Numbered from the stretch's first letter, positions 9,911 to 20,734 are shown. The stretch is 64,000 nt of DNA from Candidatus Heimdallarchaeota archaeon (GCA_020353515.1 CP070695.1:409173-473172), one strand, 5' to 3'. Translations and numbers: made by a program. The notes: generated by a model from the sequence alone, not told the origin.

Positions 9911-10900
9911 TCATTTTCTATGTTTCCAATAGACTGTAAGTATTACAACAAGAAATCCTATCATAAAGTAGATTCCTAGTGCTCCTAAGACAATCCAACT
10001 TTCAAGGCCTTGGCCAGAAGCAAGATTTAAGTCATAAAATTCTCTACCAGAGATATAATGCAAATCTGTAGTTCCTACAATTATATATGACGAAATTAAC
10101 AAAACAGTTAGTATATCCAATAAAATTACTAAACCTACTTCACCCTTGGAGACGAATGCTAAGGGGGGAATGATAATGTTACTGATAAACAGGAGCATAT
10201 AGGCAACTGCCCCAGCATACAACTTGTTTGTTACGGCGGAAAAAGCAAGAAAAATACTAGCAAAAGTAAAAATGATTAGCTCAGTGATTATTATTACGTC
10301 TATCAAGATTGGAAGGGACTGTACTAAATCAATTCCTCCAATACCAATGAAGAGTAGAAAAAATTCGAGAAAAAATGGGAGTGTTAATGTAATATTTCCA
10401 AAGATTACAAAAGCGCCGAATTTTCCAATAATATATTCATGTCGCTCTAATTTACTGAAGTATATCTCTAAAGTATTGTTTGAAATATCATCAGCGATAA
10501 GACCAGAACCTATCATAACCATAAAGGCCAAAATGAAGAGGCTTAATCCTCCGAATGTCATCATAATAGACTCACTGCCCTCACCACTACCATAAAACTC
10601 AGTTTGAAAGGATACAACACCCCGGACTAATTGTAATAGAACTCCCTCAAAAATTTCAATATTTGAAAGATCAGAATCCACCTGTTTCATCTCAATAAAA
10701 GAAAAAAGGAGAAGGTTAGTTAGGATAAAAAAGAAGATTAAAATTACCATTAATATTTTAGCAGCACGAGATCTTTTCCACTGATGAGTCCACCAATACC
10801 AAGATATAGCACAGAGACGATAGACACGACCACGACGTATTCCATCAAATGGCCTGAAAGTGAACCTTCTAGCAAATGTTCCAGAGTCAGTTCCACTCAT
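9911..10900 (-). CDS. ABC-2-type permease-like membrane protein (no adjacent ATPase)
   Basis: GSGLIADDISNNTLEIYFSKLERHEYIIGK signature; about 6 TMs; paralog of 62349..63326. Confidence 0.75.
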   Translation of the reverse strand: MSGTDSGTFARRFTFRPFDGIRRGRVYRLCAISWYWWTHQWKRSRAAKILMVILIFFFILTNLLLFSFIEMKQVDSDLSNIEIFEGVLLQLVRGVVSFQTEFYGSGEGSESIMMTFGGLSLFILAFMVMIGSGLIADDISNNTLEIYFSKLERHEYIIGKFGAFVIFGNITLTLPFFLEFFLLFIGIGGIDLVQSLPILIDVIIITELIIFTFASIFLAFSAVTNKLYAGAVAYMLLFISNIIIPPLAFVSKGEVGLVILLDILTVLLISSYIIVGTTDLHYISGREFYDLNLASGQGLESWIVLGALGIYFMIGFLVVILTVYWKHRK

Positions 10901-11124
10901 TCGATACTAAATTCTCCTTAAAATAGATTTTTTCTCTGAAAAACTTTGGTTTGTATTATTCAACAACCATCTGTTGAGGCCTCTGAATTTTTAAGTTCAG
11001 AGATGTTGGCATATGATTTTCGAAATTTACAGAGATTTCAATTATTGAAAACAGAATTGACCTATTAGAGCTCGAATCTCTGGTTTAATCTATTTATATG
11101 AGAAAAAGAAGAAAATTTAGGATT

Positions 11125-12570
11125 TTAAAGTCCAAGTTCTTCTAATTTCTCTTTATTTGTTGCCACAACCTCGGGTGTAATGTCATACCACTTCCAGAAT
11201 ATTACAATCGTAATTAACACAAAAACTGCTGGTAAAATCGCAGCTAGTAAACGAATCCCAATTAAAGCGAGTTCTGGAGTGGCACTAAGGGACTCTAATT
11301 CAGTATAGCTTTTGGCACCTTCAACAAAACCAGTTAGAGTATGGATAACTGCAAAAGCTATTGCTTGAACAGATGTACTTAAACGAATGAAGAAAGCTGT
11401 CCAACCGTAATATAATGCAGCTTCACGTTTTTCTGTTCTAACGGCTAAGTCATCAAGTACATCTCCCATTAAAGGTGGATCCATATACCACTGGCCACCA
11501 AGGCCTATCCCCCATAATAATAGCGCACCCATGAAGAATAGAAAACCGTTGACAAAAAATATAGGTAAAAAAGTAACTACCATAACAAATCCTGCAATGA
11601 TACTCATTTTTTTATTGTCATTTATTTTTTGGCCAAAATAATTCCAAAACGGAATAGATAGAACTGCTCCTACAAGCATCATTGCCATAAGAATTCCTAA
11701 CGTTTCTATGTCTCCTTGGATCACAAATGTAATCAAGTATGCCCCAGAAGCCGAAATAAAGACAGCAGCGGTTTGATAACCAAAGAAGTATATGGTTTTT
11801 ACCATAAAACGTCTATCTGTAACTACTCTCTTTGTCGTTTTCAAAAAAGGTTCACTTTCAATTCGCTCGGCTTTCGTTTTAAAGCTCTGAAATCTAGATC
11901 TCATTTCTGAGTTCTCAAACATTCCTGGAACCATTCCAAAGAATAGTATTATTCCAATTCCAACTAACATCCATGCAGATACTCTATATGATTCAGGTAC
12001 CCCTTCATTTATAAACAGAGGTGCGACAATTGACCCAGCAACAATTCCCAATAATCCAAGGAATGTTCCAAAGCTAGTGGCAGTCCTCCGTTCATCTGAA
12101 CCTCTAAATTTATCAGGGAACAAAGCTATAGCATTAACATTCCAAAGAGTAAAGAGAGTATCATACAAACATACAGAAATCAGGGCCCAGCCAAAAATTA
12201 ACCATTGATCTGTAACTGGATCCCAGTTTAAGGGAACTAAAAATATAGCTAAATAAGTGAATAACCAAGGAATCGCCCCAAGAACTACCCAAGGAAATCT
12301 CTTACCCCACTTTCTTTCCCAAGGCATGTTGATATGTTCCATTATAAACCCAGTGAGTGGATCATTAACAGCGTTCCAAAGTGAAAAAATGATGAAAGCT
12401 ATTCCAACCAATAACACATCTAATCCGATTTCTACCTCGTAGAAGAAGAATACTAAAAGTCCAAATGGACCTGTTATCCACTGAGAAAAAAATTGATTAA
12501 ATCCATAAGAAGCCATTATTAACCTAGAATTCTCATAATCTTCCTTTCTTTCTGGTTCAATCATCTCCAA
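11125..12570 (-). CDS. MFS transporter, glycoside-pentoside-hexuronide (MelB/GPH) family
   Basis: WNAVNDPLTG..WGKRFPW, MGDVLDD..RTEKREAALYYG, YDIT motifs; about 12 TMs. Confidence 0.9.
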   Translation of the reverse strand: MEMIEPERKEDYENSRLIMASYGFNQFFSQWITGPFGLLVFFFYEVEIGLDVLLVGIAFIIFSLWNAVNDPLTGFIMEHINMPWERKWGKRFPWVVLGAIPWLFTYLAIFLVPLNWDPVTDQWLIFGWALISVCLYDTLFTLWNVNAIALFPDKFRGSDERRTATSFGTFLGLLGIVAGSIVAPLFINEGVPESYRVSAWMLVGIGIILFFGMVPGMFENSEMRSRFQSFKTKAERIESEPFLKTTKRVVTDRRFMVKTIYFFGYQTAAVFISASGAYLITFVIQGDIETLGILMAMMLVGAVLSIPFWNYFGQKINDNKKMSIIAGFVMVVTFLPIFFVNGFLFFMGALLLWGIGLGGQWYMDPPLMGDVLDDLAVRTEKREAALYYGWTAFFIRLSTSVQAIAFAVIHTLTGFVEGAKSYTELESLSATPELALIGIRLLAAILPAVFVLITIVIFWKWYDITPEVVATNKEKLEELGL

Positions 12571-12843
12571 TGCACCCTATATATGAGTTCTCATAATTTT
12601 TATTGGTTTTTCAAAAATAAGTAGAAATAATTATATATTTTTTGACTTCTAAATGAATATCCTAGCTTACTCCCGCAACAAAAATCATCTATGGGTTCAT
12701 TCGGAACTTCTATCCTTTCTTTTCTTATAGGATTTCAATGATTTCTGACAATTTTCACAAAAAAATGTCATTTTCGAACATCTTCTAATTATTTGTACTT
12801 TTACTATCTTGTAGTTAATCAAGAGACCAAGAAGGTAGATGTT

Positions 12844-13140
12844 ATGTCTAGTAACCAAATAATGAAAACCATTGAAGGAAGAGATCATCCTTCTTCAAAA
12901 TTGACTATATCAAGAAAAAAAGCACGACCAGCCATTGTCCATGAAATAGATCGCAAAATTTTGAAAGTAGTACAAACAGAAGGGCCATTAACACGAAGCA
13001 GATTAAGTTCGATCACTGGAATTCCACGATCAACCTTGTATGACAGTTTATGGCGATTAATTGTAAAAGGGTATGTAAAGGACTATTCAGAAGATCGTAA
13101 ACACAGAGGACGCCCTCGAACGTACTTCGCTGCCATTTAG
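12844..13140 (+). CDS. Small TrmB-like winged-helix transcriptional regulator
   Basis: GPLTRSRLSSITGIPRSTLYDSLWRL..KGYV..RGRPRTYF; start moved to ATG 12844, downstream of AAGGTAG. Confidence 0.75.
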   Translation: MSSNQIMKTIEGRDHPSSKLTISRKKARPAIVHEIDRKILKVVQTEGPLTRSRLSSITGIPRSTLYDSLWRLIVKGYVKDYSEDRKHRGRPRTYFAAI

Positions 13141-13162
13141 GGAATTAAGAGGAATTTTGGTA

Positions 13163-14350
13163 CTATTTCCTAAAAATTGCATATGGATAAGGTTTTCTTC
13201 CTACTGATTTTACTCTTTCATCAAAATTCAAACCAATATGTAGTGCAGCTCGTTTTAACATTTCAATCTGTCCTTGGTCGTAAGGGATACCTTCCTTTAT
13301 TGAATATTCATAAGCTTCATTTGCACGATCTCCAGGCCATCTAGAAGCAGAACCAAAATACTTCAATTCATAATCCTGCATTAGTTCCCTCACTCGAATT
13401 CGTGCTTCCTCTTTTGTGTAATGAAAATCAATTACTTGAGCTTGAAAAGCAAGAGAAATTCTTTTATTTGGATCAGAGGCATCTGCATCAACTTTTTCAA
13501 TAGCACCGCCACCAAGTGAGTGTTCTACTTCTATCATTCTCAATAATATATCCCCTTTATAGCCAGAATGTGTGGATCCTAGTGGGAAAATACTACCCTT
13601 GAAAAATGGCTTACCATCCTTTAATCCTACAAGTTCTTTAGGATTCAAAATTGATTTGTAATTCTCATCTGCAAGATATTCTGGGATTTTAATCATTTCT
13701 CCTGTTTTCAAAGCTTTTAAAAAATAACTGACCGCGAGTTTCGTCAAAGCCATGTCCGCAGTAAGGATACCTTCTTTATGAGGAATTGAGATCGCAAGAG
13801 GATTTGTACCCATTCTAGCTTCTCTTCCTGCCCCTTTTGTATAATCCAATCCTTCTGAATCATCACCCATTGGTTTTACAATTGCTGCGGTTGTACAAGT
13901 GACTGTTCCTATTAAATCACCATCTTCCGCAATCTTTGAACTCCATATACCGGCTGCTCCAAAATGATTAGCATTTTTCACAACAACTTTCGCAATCCCA
14001 TGGTTTCTAGCTAATTTTTTCACCAGATCTACCGCTATTGAGGACGAAATATGACCTGATGCGCCTTTCGCATCAAATACCGCAATTGTAGGATACTTTT
14101 GGGGTAAGATTGATGGCTTTACTTGAGGATCTACAGTGGCATAAAGGGCTGATCTTTTCACTGCTTCTTCTAAACCGAGGCCTCCAGCCAATCCGTGTGA
14201 AAAAATTCCTCTCTTATCTGCTTCTAGTAATGCGTATGTTGTTACTTTTGCAGTTTCCTTAGGGTAACCACTTTGTATTAATGCCTCAATTGCAAAATTT
14301 TGGATATCCTCAACCATGAAATGTTCACGTATTTGGTTCATTATAACCAT
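13163..14350 (-). CDS. Ldh_2 family (malate/L-lactate/sulfolactate/DpkA-type) oxidoreductase
   Basis: ADKRGIFSHG, NANHFGAAG, GTNPLAISIP, PLG..SGYKG, RWPGDR motifs. Confidence 0.88.
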   Translation of the reverse strand: MVIMNQIREHFMVEDIQNFAIEALIQSGYPKETAKVTTYALLEADKRGIFSHGLAGGLGLEEAVKRSALYATVDPQVKPSILPQKYPTIAVFDAKGASGHISSSIAVDLVKKLARNHGIAKVVVKNANHFGAAGIWSSKIAEDGDLIGTVTCTTAAIVKPMGDDSEGLDYTKGAGREARMGTNPLAISIPHKEGILTADMALTKLAVSYFLKALKTGEMIKIPEYLADENYKSILNPKELVGLKDGKPFFKGSIFPLGSTHSGYKGDILLRMIEVEHSLGGGAIEKVDADASDPNKRISLAFQAQVIDFHYTKEEARIRVRELMQDYELKYFGSASRWPGDRANEAYEYSIKEGIPYDQGQIEMLKRAALHIGLNFDERVKSVGRKPYPYAIFRK

Positions 14351-14402
14351 ACCTCAAAAAATCCCTGAGAGAAAATTATGGATAGGCATAACCTTTCTCT
14401 CT

Positions 14403-16040
14403 TTAATTGGAGCTTTCTTTCCAGCCAGGACCTCTAACAACTCTTCCGGGAGTAGCATTAGTGTGTTCGCCATCTTTCAACACTTGTACCCCGTTAACAA
14501 ATACATGAATCACACCTGATGCATATTGATGGGGTTTTTCGTAAGTTGCATTATCTTTGATCGTCAATGGATCAAAAACTACAATGTCAGCAAAATAACC
14601 TTCTTTTAAAGCTCCTCTATTTTTAATCTTCAGTGTATTTGCTGGAAGTGATGTCAATTTTCTTATTGCATCTTCTAAAGGAATAAGTTTTTCATCACGG
14701 CAATATCTGCCAAGGAGCCGTGCTACATTTCCATATGATCTTGGATGGGGATTTGACTTCAAAAAGACTCCTTCGGGAGCTAACGATCCTCCATCAGAGC
14801 CAAATACCATGAAAGGGAGTTTTATTTTCTTCCTCACATTTTCTTCAGACATCATAAAGTAAACTGTACCAATACGACTATCATCTTCAATTATTAAATC
14901 CATTGCAACTTCGAGGGGAGGTTTTCCTCGTTCTTTGGCGACTTGTGCTAAGGTTTTCCCTGTTAATGGTTTCAACTTTTCAGATTTAAAAGACACAAGG
15001 AGTATTTTTTCAGGGCCACTTTCTAGGTAGAGATTTTCCCACTCTTCTGTAGTTGTCAAAGCTTCTTCAATTATCTGTTTTCGAATTTCTGGTGTTTTCA
15101 GTCGTTTTATGAGTTCCTTATGTCCTCCTTCGTGAGCCCAAGGGGGTATTACTGAATTTAATCCTGTGGCTCCAGCAGTATAAGTATAACAATCTGTTGT
15201 AATTTGGAGGCCTGATTTTCTTGCGTCATCAATTTTTTTAATTGCTAATTCTAGTTTGTATTTGTTATTCCCTGTTGCCTTAAAATGATAAATCTCGGCT
15301 CTAATATTTGCTTCCTTTGCGATGGTAAGGAATTCGTCAATAGCTTCGAGAAGCTGAGCTCCTTCACTACGAAGATGACTAATGTATAATCCATCATATT
15401 TAGCTGCGACTTTACAAAGCTCTATCAATTCATTAGTGTCAGCATAAAACGCTGGGGGATAAATTAATGCAGAAGCTACCCCAAGAGCTCCCTCACACAT
15501 AGCCACGTCAACTAAGTCCCTCATCTTAGCCATCTCTTCAGGTGTGGGCTTACGATCTTCATATCCTATGGTATGAATTCTGACAGTTGTTGCACCCACA
15601 AAAGAAGCAATGTTTGGTGAAATTCCTTTCGTTTCTAAGAAATCTAAGTATTCTGCTAAGGTTGTCCAAGTGATTTCATATTTTATATCTGCTTGACGTT
15701 CAATCATTTCTTGCTTCATTGGATTATTTAATGGCCCCCATGACCATCCTTCTCCAAATACTTCAAGCGTAACTCCCTGTTTGATATCACTACACGATCT
15801 TCCATCCTCAATCATGGATTCAACGGCCCAACTAAGCATATTAATGAATCCTGGGGCAATAGCTAGGTTTGTCGCATCAATATCTAACTTCGAGGTAGCT
15901 TGCCCTAAGGAACCTATTGAAACGATTTTATCGTTATTTATAGCTAAATCTCCGATGAATGGAAGATCCCCACTTCCATCATATATCATTCCATTTCGAA
16001 TAATAACATCATAGGTTTCGATTTTTCTCACCACAGTCAA
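14403..16040 (-). CDS. N-acyl-D-amino-acid deacylase (D-aminoacylase) family amidohydrolase
   Basis: IRNGMIYDGSG, APGFI, YISHLRSEG, FGSDG, PHPRSYGN, TSLPA..RGALKEGYFADIVVFD. Confidence 0.88.
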   Translation of the reverse strand: MTVVRKIETYDVIIRNGMIYDGSGDLPFIGDLAINNDKIVSIGSLGQATSKLDIDATNLAIAPGFINMLSWAVESMIEDGRSCSDIKQGVTLEVFGEGWSWGPLNNPMKQEMIERQADIKYEITWTTLAEYLDFLETKGISPNIASFVGATTVRIHTIGYEDRKPTPEEMAKMRDLVDVAMCEGALGVASALIYPPAFYADTNELIELCKVAAKYDGLYISHLRSEGAQLLEAIDEFLTIAKEANIRAEIYHFKATGNNKYKLELAIKKIDDARKSGLQITTDCYTYTAGATGLNSVIPPWAHEGGHKELIKRLKTPEIRKQIIEEALTTTEEWENLYLESGPEKILLVSFKSEKLKPLTGKTLAQVAKERGKPPLEVAMDLIIEDDSRIGTVYFMMSEENVRKKIKLPFMVFGSDGGSLAPEGVFLKSNPHPRSYGNVARLLGRYCRDEKLIPLEDAIRKLTSLPANTLKIKNRGALKEGYFADIVVFDPLTIKDNATYEKPHQYASGVIHVFVNGVQVLKDGEHTNATPGRVVRGPGWKESSN

Positions 16041-16173
16041 GTTGTACTAATACGAGGTTTTTTTTTATATGAAAAGTCAGAGTTTTGAATTTTAACATTG
16101 ATGGGAATCAATATTAGTTTCCGTATTCTATATTTATATAAAATTATGCACATTTATAATTGAAAAGAAGACG

Positions 16174-17454
16174 ATGAAGCTCCTAAAGGGCGATTTCTTT
16201 CTAGTTTTAGTTATATTGGTCCAATTCTTTCCCTATAATCATTATGCATCCTCTACCATTGTTAAATCTAGTAGTACTTACGATGAACCTGTTTACTGGC
16301 CTACTGATGGCTGGAGAACTTCTTTACCAGAGGATCAGGGAATGAGCTCCATAAAATTTCAAGAAATGTATGAGTATTTAGATTCAACTGTAGAATTAAG
16401 TATTATTCGTGCTTCACTACGATCAATTCTTGTCATTCGGAATGGGTTTCTCATTCACGAAAATTATTTCTCTTCTTTTGCAAATGAAAACACAAGTATT
16501 AACATCTATTCTTGTACTAAGAGTGTTACATCTTCCGTTATTGGGATTGCCATCGAGAAGGGGTTTATTGGTGGTATTAACGACAATATTCTTGATTATT
16601 TTCCAGATCGAACCATTGCAAACCGTGACAACTGGAAAGATGCGATAAAAATCGAAGATGTGCTTACAATGAGAGCAGGTTTCAGCTGGGATGAGGCAGA
16701 CTACAGTCGTCCTGATAATGATTATACCTTGATGTATGCTTCTCCAAATCCCGTCCAGTATGTACTTGATAAACTTATGGCTGCTGCTCCAGGTAGCACC
16801 TGGGTGTATAATACTGGTTGTTCACATTTATTATCAGCCCTCATCGATAATAGAACAGGCATTGGAAACAAGGAATTTACTCAAACCTATCTTTTTGATC
16901 CATTAGGCATTGATCGTCCCTCTTGGTCTATCGATCAACAAAATATCCCCTACGGGGGATCTAATCTGAGGTTAACACCTCGTCAGATGGCTAAATTTGG
17001 CTTTTTATATCTTCATAATGGATCATGGGATGGGCAACAACTTGTTCCTAAAGAATGGGTACAAGTTTCGACTCAACCTACAAATACAACTTGGTGGTAT
17101 GGTTATCAGTGGTGGATAGAACCGCATCGTAATTCTTTCAGTGCACGAGGATATAAAGGACAACAAATCATTATAATTCCCGATTATAACATGGTTGTTG
17201 TTTTCACAGCTAATACTAATCTAATAGGTAACTTGTACTCAGTATTAATTGATGATTTCATTATTCCAGCAATTGGACACGTTCCTCCATCTACTTCAAA
17301 GACTCAGACAACTACAAATCCATCATCACTAGACCTTAGATCAGAAACTACTACAACATCAAAAGTAACAGAAACCAGTTCATTCATATCGTTCCCAATC
17401 ATGATACTCATCATGAGTACCCTTGTTCTTTTTATTCGAAGAAAAGCTGTTTAG
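16174..17454 (+). CDS. Surface-anchored serine hydrolase (class C beta-lactamase / D-peptidase fold)
   Basis: Signal peptide; SxxK (YSCTKS), YxN-like (YNT), ARGYKGQ; Thr/Ser-rich stalk, C-terminal TM and RRK tail. Confidence 0.88.
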   Translation: MKLLKGDFFLVLVILVQFFPYNHYASSTIVKSSSTYDEPVYWPTDGWRTSLPEDQGMSSIKFQEMYEYLDSTVELSIIRASLRSILVIRNGFLIHENYFSSFANENTSINIYSCTKSVTSSVIGIAIEKGFIGGINDNILDYFPDRTIANRDNWKDAIKIEDVLTMRAGFSWDEADYSRPDNDYTLMYASPNPVQYVLDKLMAAAPGSTWVYNTGCSHLLSALIDNRTGIGNKEFTQTYLFDPLGIDRPSWSIDQQNIPYGGSNLRLTPRQMAKFGFLYLHNGSWDGQQLVPKEWVQVSTQPTNTTWWYGYQWWIEPHRNSFSARGYKGQQIIIIPDYNMVVVFTANTNLIGNLYSVLIDDFIIPAIGHVPPSTSKTQTTTNPSSLDLRSETTTTSKVTETSSFISFPIMILIMSTLVLFIRRKAV

Positions 17455-17496
17455 GATAACAAAAGAATATAAATAAGACGAATACTTTTTGGTATT

Positions 17497-18267
17497 TCAT
17501 TTCCGCTCTTTAATTTTCCCCACTGGAGCAATATAAACAGTAAATTCGTCTTCTCCGTCTACACCAATGATTGAATCAATTTTACCCTGATCATAAGCTG
17601 CTATTGCACAAGTTCCAGCTCCAATTGCTTCACAAGCAAGGTACAGATTTTGACAAATATGGCCAGCTTCTATTGCAATACCTTTATGAGCAGCGATGCT
17701 GTATCTCCACTCAATTCGGTATGGAATTACAGCCCAAATAAAAACAATAGCTGCTCTACCTGCAAACTTTTGACCATGACAAGAATCGATCATCTTTTCT
17801 GCTAAATCAGAATTAATGAGAGATAACACACACAGTTTGTGTTCTATAGCAAGATACCGATAAATACCAGGTTGGAGTCCAATAACTCGATTCACAACTA
17901 AATAGGTCTCATAAGGATGACGTGATCCTCCTGAGGGCACCGTGCGTTTAGTTGTCTTGATTTTCCCATGCCGACGATCAATGTCAATTTCACGAACTCC
18001 TTGAGTTACCCAAAGTAGGAAAGAAAGCTCTTCTAATGTGAATGGGTCGTTCGTGTACCCTCTACGACTTTTCCTAGCATTTATAGCGTTAATAAGAGGA
18101 ATATTTCCAACTGAAAGCTCTTTTAAGGGAATCAAATCAATAACTGCACTTTTTTTAGGGCAAGGTTTCTGGAATGGAGGAGGAGCTACCCCCTTTTGTT
18201 GATCAGGAATAATTTCTGGAGTTTCATCCCAATTATGAGCCTTGAGATATTTTCGATATTTTTCCAA
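17497..18267 (-). CDS. SagB/ThcOx-type nitroreductase-fold dehydrogenase
   Basis: RKSRRGY, RTVPSGGSRHPYETY, EAGHICQNLYLACEAIGAGTCAIAAY. Confidence 0.9.
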   Translation of the reverse strand: MEKYRKYLKAHNWDETPEIIPDQQKGVAPPPFQKPCPKKSAVIDLIPLKELSVGNIPLINAINARKSRRGYTNDPFTLEELSFLLWVTQGVREIDIDRRHGKIKTTKRTVPSGGSRHPYETYLVVNRVIGLQPGIYRYLAIEHKLCVLSLINSDLAEKMIDSCHGQKFAGRAAIVFIWAVIPYRIEWRYSIAAHKGIAIEAGHICQNLYLACEAIGAGTCAIAAYDQGKIDSIIGVDGEDEFTVYIAPVGKIKERK

Positions 18268-18378
18268 AATAATTTACACCTCCTGGAGTAAAATGAAAAA
18301 ATCTCTATAAAGTATTTTTGCTAGTTGTGTTAATTCAAGAGAAAATATTAAATTCCCAATTCTGACCTGAATATAAAA

Positions 18379-18744
18379 TTAGCGTCGTGCTTTAGCAATT
18401 TCTTTTTGGATTTCTTGAATTAATTTATCATGTGGACATAAAAGACATAAATTAATGTTATCCATGTCTTGAACGTCATCGATATTGAAACGAGAGCCTT
18501 GATCTATTAATTGGGGCAATCCAGCGGGGATGTACACAATCCCCTTACGAATCAGACGAAATATCTCTTTCAGGATAGCTTTCTTCTCTTTGAGAGTGCG
18601 TATACCTAGTAAATTTAAAATAAATCGCAAATTCTGAGTATCTGTATCCTTAAAAGATAATAATATGAGTGCACGGTCAGCTAATTGACTCATTTCTACT
18701 TCAGAAATCGTTAATTCCTGTTGTAAATTATTCCTGTTAGCCAT
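18379..18744 (-). CDS. Hypothetical protein (possible winged helix)
   Basis: 121-aa ORF with ATG and GTGAG upstream; IFRLIRKGIV is wing-like; no family recognised. Confidence 0.55.
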   Translation of the reverse strand: MANRNNLQQELTISEVEMSQLADRALILLSFKDTDTQNLRFILNLLGIRTLKEKKAILKEIFRLIRKGIVYIPAGLPQLIDQGSRFNIDDVQDMDNINLCLLCPHDKLIQEIQKEIAKARR

Positions 18745-18935
18745 AATAATTTCTCACGAACATGATTTCTAATCTATACCACGGTCTAAATCGTCTAAAA
18801 CTATTTGGAGCTGTTGTCTAATTTTACATAAAAGACTAGCTAGAGAATTTGTACTATTATAAGCAAATATTCATCGAGAATGATTGTCGTTTAAAGGTTG
18901 TTATACAATCATTGGAAAAACCTGAAATCCCAGAT

Positions 18936-19277
18936 TTATAAATCTAAAAAATCATCTGTTTTATGGAAGCTATTCCCCAGAGTTTCTTTAGGAGATTCAT
19001 TAACTATCTTCCCTTTTTCGTCCAAAAAAATTGTCTTTTTATACTTATACTCATATGGAGGATTATCAGGATAATATGTGAATTCAGTTTCAACATAAAG
19101 AGTATAAATATAGGCAACTTTCCATATTTCACCAGGTTGTTTCACAGGTTTGCTAATGTGGTCTATTTCATAACTTGTATAACCTAGGTGGCCACTTTCA
19201 CCAACTTTTTCACCGAGGTTCTCATCTTGGTCTATTTTACCTTTAATTACCTCTCGGATTTCTGTTTCACTGAGCAT
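18936..19277 (-). CDS. Hypothetical protein
   Basis: 113-aa ORF with GAGG RBS; SGHLGY and ETEFTYYPDNPPYE segments look conserved. Confidence 0.65.
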   Translation of the reverse strand: MLSETEIREVIKGKIDQDENLGEKVGESGHLGYTSYEIDHISKPVKQPGEIWKVAYIYTLYVETEFTYYPDNPPYEYKYKKTIFLDEKGKIVNESPKETLGNSFHKTDDFLDL

Positions 19278-19342
19278 ATGTTCCTCAACAATCAGTATAA
19301 TATCTCTTAGGTATTCGAACCGAATGAAATAGGTGTAATATT

Positions 19343-20134
19343 CTATTTCTTGCCAATAAAAAGCATATGAGAAGAAGGAGCTGAACCTGTTCTTCTTACT
19401 CTTTCCTTTAATCTCTCCCCTTCTTCCTTTAACTTATTATACTCTGGGCGTTCTCCTAATTTCGATAACCGTTTAAGGTCACGATCAATTTCATTAAGCG
19501 CAAACTTAATGATTCCTTCATTCTTTGGATCCTCACAGTCGAATTTATCATCACAGAATAAGCATTTGACAAAATGAGTAGCCTCTATTATATTTAGCTC
19601 CCTTAATCCCAATTCTTTAACGGTTTCTTTTAATTTGTGCTTAGTAAATGTGAAATTATGCGGAATATTTAGTAAATTGTCAATTTTTGACCCCCAGTGA
19701 TGTTGATCAATATCAGTCAATTGCGCCTCTGATTGTATACCATCATGAAATGGTTCTTGGAGAATAAAGTATCCATCAGGCTTTAGAACTCTCACCATTT
19801 CGGTTAATACTTTTTTCACGCTAGTTAAGTGATGTAAGGAATGAGAAATTGTTACAGTATCAAAGGAATTCTTAAAAAATTTTAAATTTTCAGCATTCAT
19901 TTCAATAAATTCAACTGGTTTATCTTCAAACTCCCTTTTTATTGAATCAAGATCTTTAAAGAAAATATCGATGCCTATAAAGGAATCATAATCTTTTAAA
20001 ACTTTCATTAATGTATTAATGAAGCCTCCTTTTTCAGTTGCAACATCTAAGACTTTTCCTCCTGATATTACCTCTAATCCCTTCAAAATCTCTTTTGCAC
20101 CTGAATTCAGTAATCCACTTGGCAGATCTTCCAT
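19343..20134 (-). CDS. Class I SAM-dependent methyltransferase
   Basis: VLDVATEKGG (motif I variant), GIDI, FDTVT..SLHH, EMVRVLKPDG; also CxxCxxxxxC. Confidence 0.85.
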   Translation of the reverse strand: MEDLPSGLLNSGAKEILKGLEVISGGKVLDVATEKGGFINTLMKVLKDYDSFIGIDIFFKDLDSIKREFEDKPVEFIEMNAENLKFFKNSFDTVTISHSLHHLTSVKKVLTEMVRVLKPDGYFILQEPFHDGIQSEAQLTDIDQHHWGSKIDNLLNIPHNFTFTKHKLKETVKELGLRELNIIEATHFVKCLFCDDKFDCEDPKNEGIIKFALNEIDRDLKRLSKLGERPEYNKLKEEGERLKERVRRTGSAPSSHMLFIGKK

Positions 20135-20227
20135 TTCTCAATCCTTCTAAAGCCAGAAAAAACATGATCTATATCAATCTACTAGTCTTATAACTCATCC
20201 TTTGTTGGCAAATAGGCAGAATAATCC

Positions 20228-20323
20228 CTAGTTAAGATTAAGAAAGATTAATCCGAACAAGAATATAATAAAAAGCACAAAAATAACCCCAAAAACTAAA
20301 AAACGACGAATTATCTTATCCAT
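20228..20323 (-). CDS. 31-aa single-TM micropeptide (not in ORF track)
   Basis: MDKIIRRFLVFGVIFVLFIIFLFGLIFLNLN with GAGG RBS; N-terminus resembles 21541..21747 (MDKTIR...). Confidence 0.5.
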   Translation of the reverse strand: MDKIIRRFLVFGVIFVLFIIFLFGLIFLNLN

Positions 20324-20365
20324 TTTTTATTTTATCCTCTGATTCGTTTTAATAAATTATTTAAG

Positions 20366-20473
20366 CTATCTTGTCACCCTTTTAAAAAATTTGATCAGGA
20401 ATACTATGAATAAATTTAACAGCAAGATTCCAAATATTAATATAATGAGAAATAAAGGATCCACTGATGCCAT
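20366..20473 (-). CDS. 35-aa single-TM micropeptide, FxKx(V/I)T family
   Basis: MASVDPLFLIILIFGILLLNLFIVFLIKFFKRVTR; GGTGA RBS before ATG 20473; homologous to 42239 and 42362 peptides. Confidence 0.7.
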   Translation of the reverse strand: MASVDPLFLIILIFGILLLNLFIVFLIKFFKRVTR

Positions 20474-20734
20474 TTTTATTTTCACCAGATATTTTCGAAT
20501 CTTTTTTATAACCATTGAGCTTTTAGACTGATTAATTTGAATTAAGTCTTGAACGAACATATTCATTTTAAGTAAAAAAATCATTAGGATGTATTGTTTT
20601 GTTCACAAAAATTTAATTTTTGACATTCCTCCGACCCTAATCGTCATAGTTCAGATATTGCACTATAAGAGTTTATGTTCATTCAAAAAATTGTACCTCA
20701 AGAATTAAATAAGAAGTTGTATGTTGTTTTTTAA

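Noticed and set aside
12746-12770. Imperfect dyad TGACA-N15-TGTCA upstream of the TrmB-like gene
   Set aside because: Single, short and in AT-rich DNA, so it cannot be told from chance.
16174-17454. Beta-lactam resistance gene
   Set aside because: The fold is shared with esterases and D-peptidases, and nothing in the sequence indicates beta-lactamase activity.
17497-18267. SagB/ThcOx gene as part of an azole RiPP cluster with the micropeptides as precursors
   Set aside because: No YcaO/E1 gene nearby, and the peptides lack Cys/Ser/Thr-rich cores; stand-alone SagB-type genes are common in archaea.
20474-20584. 72-aa extension of the 20366 ORF
   Set aside because: The GGTGA RBS and the length of the homologs support the start at 20473.
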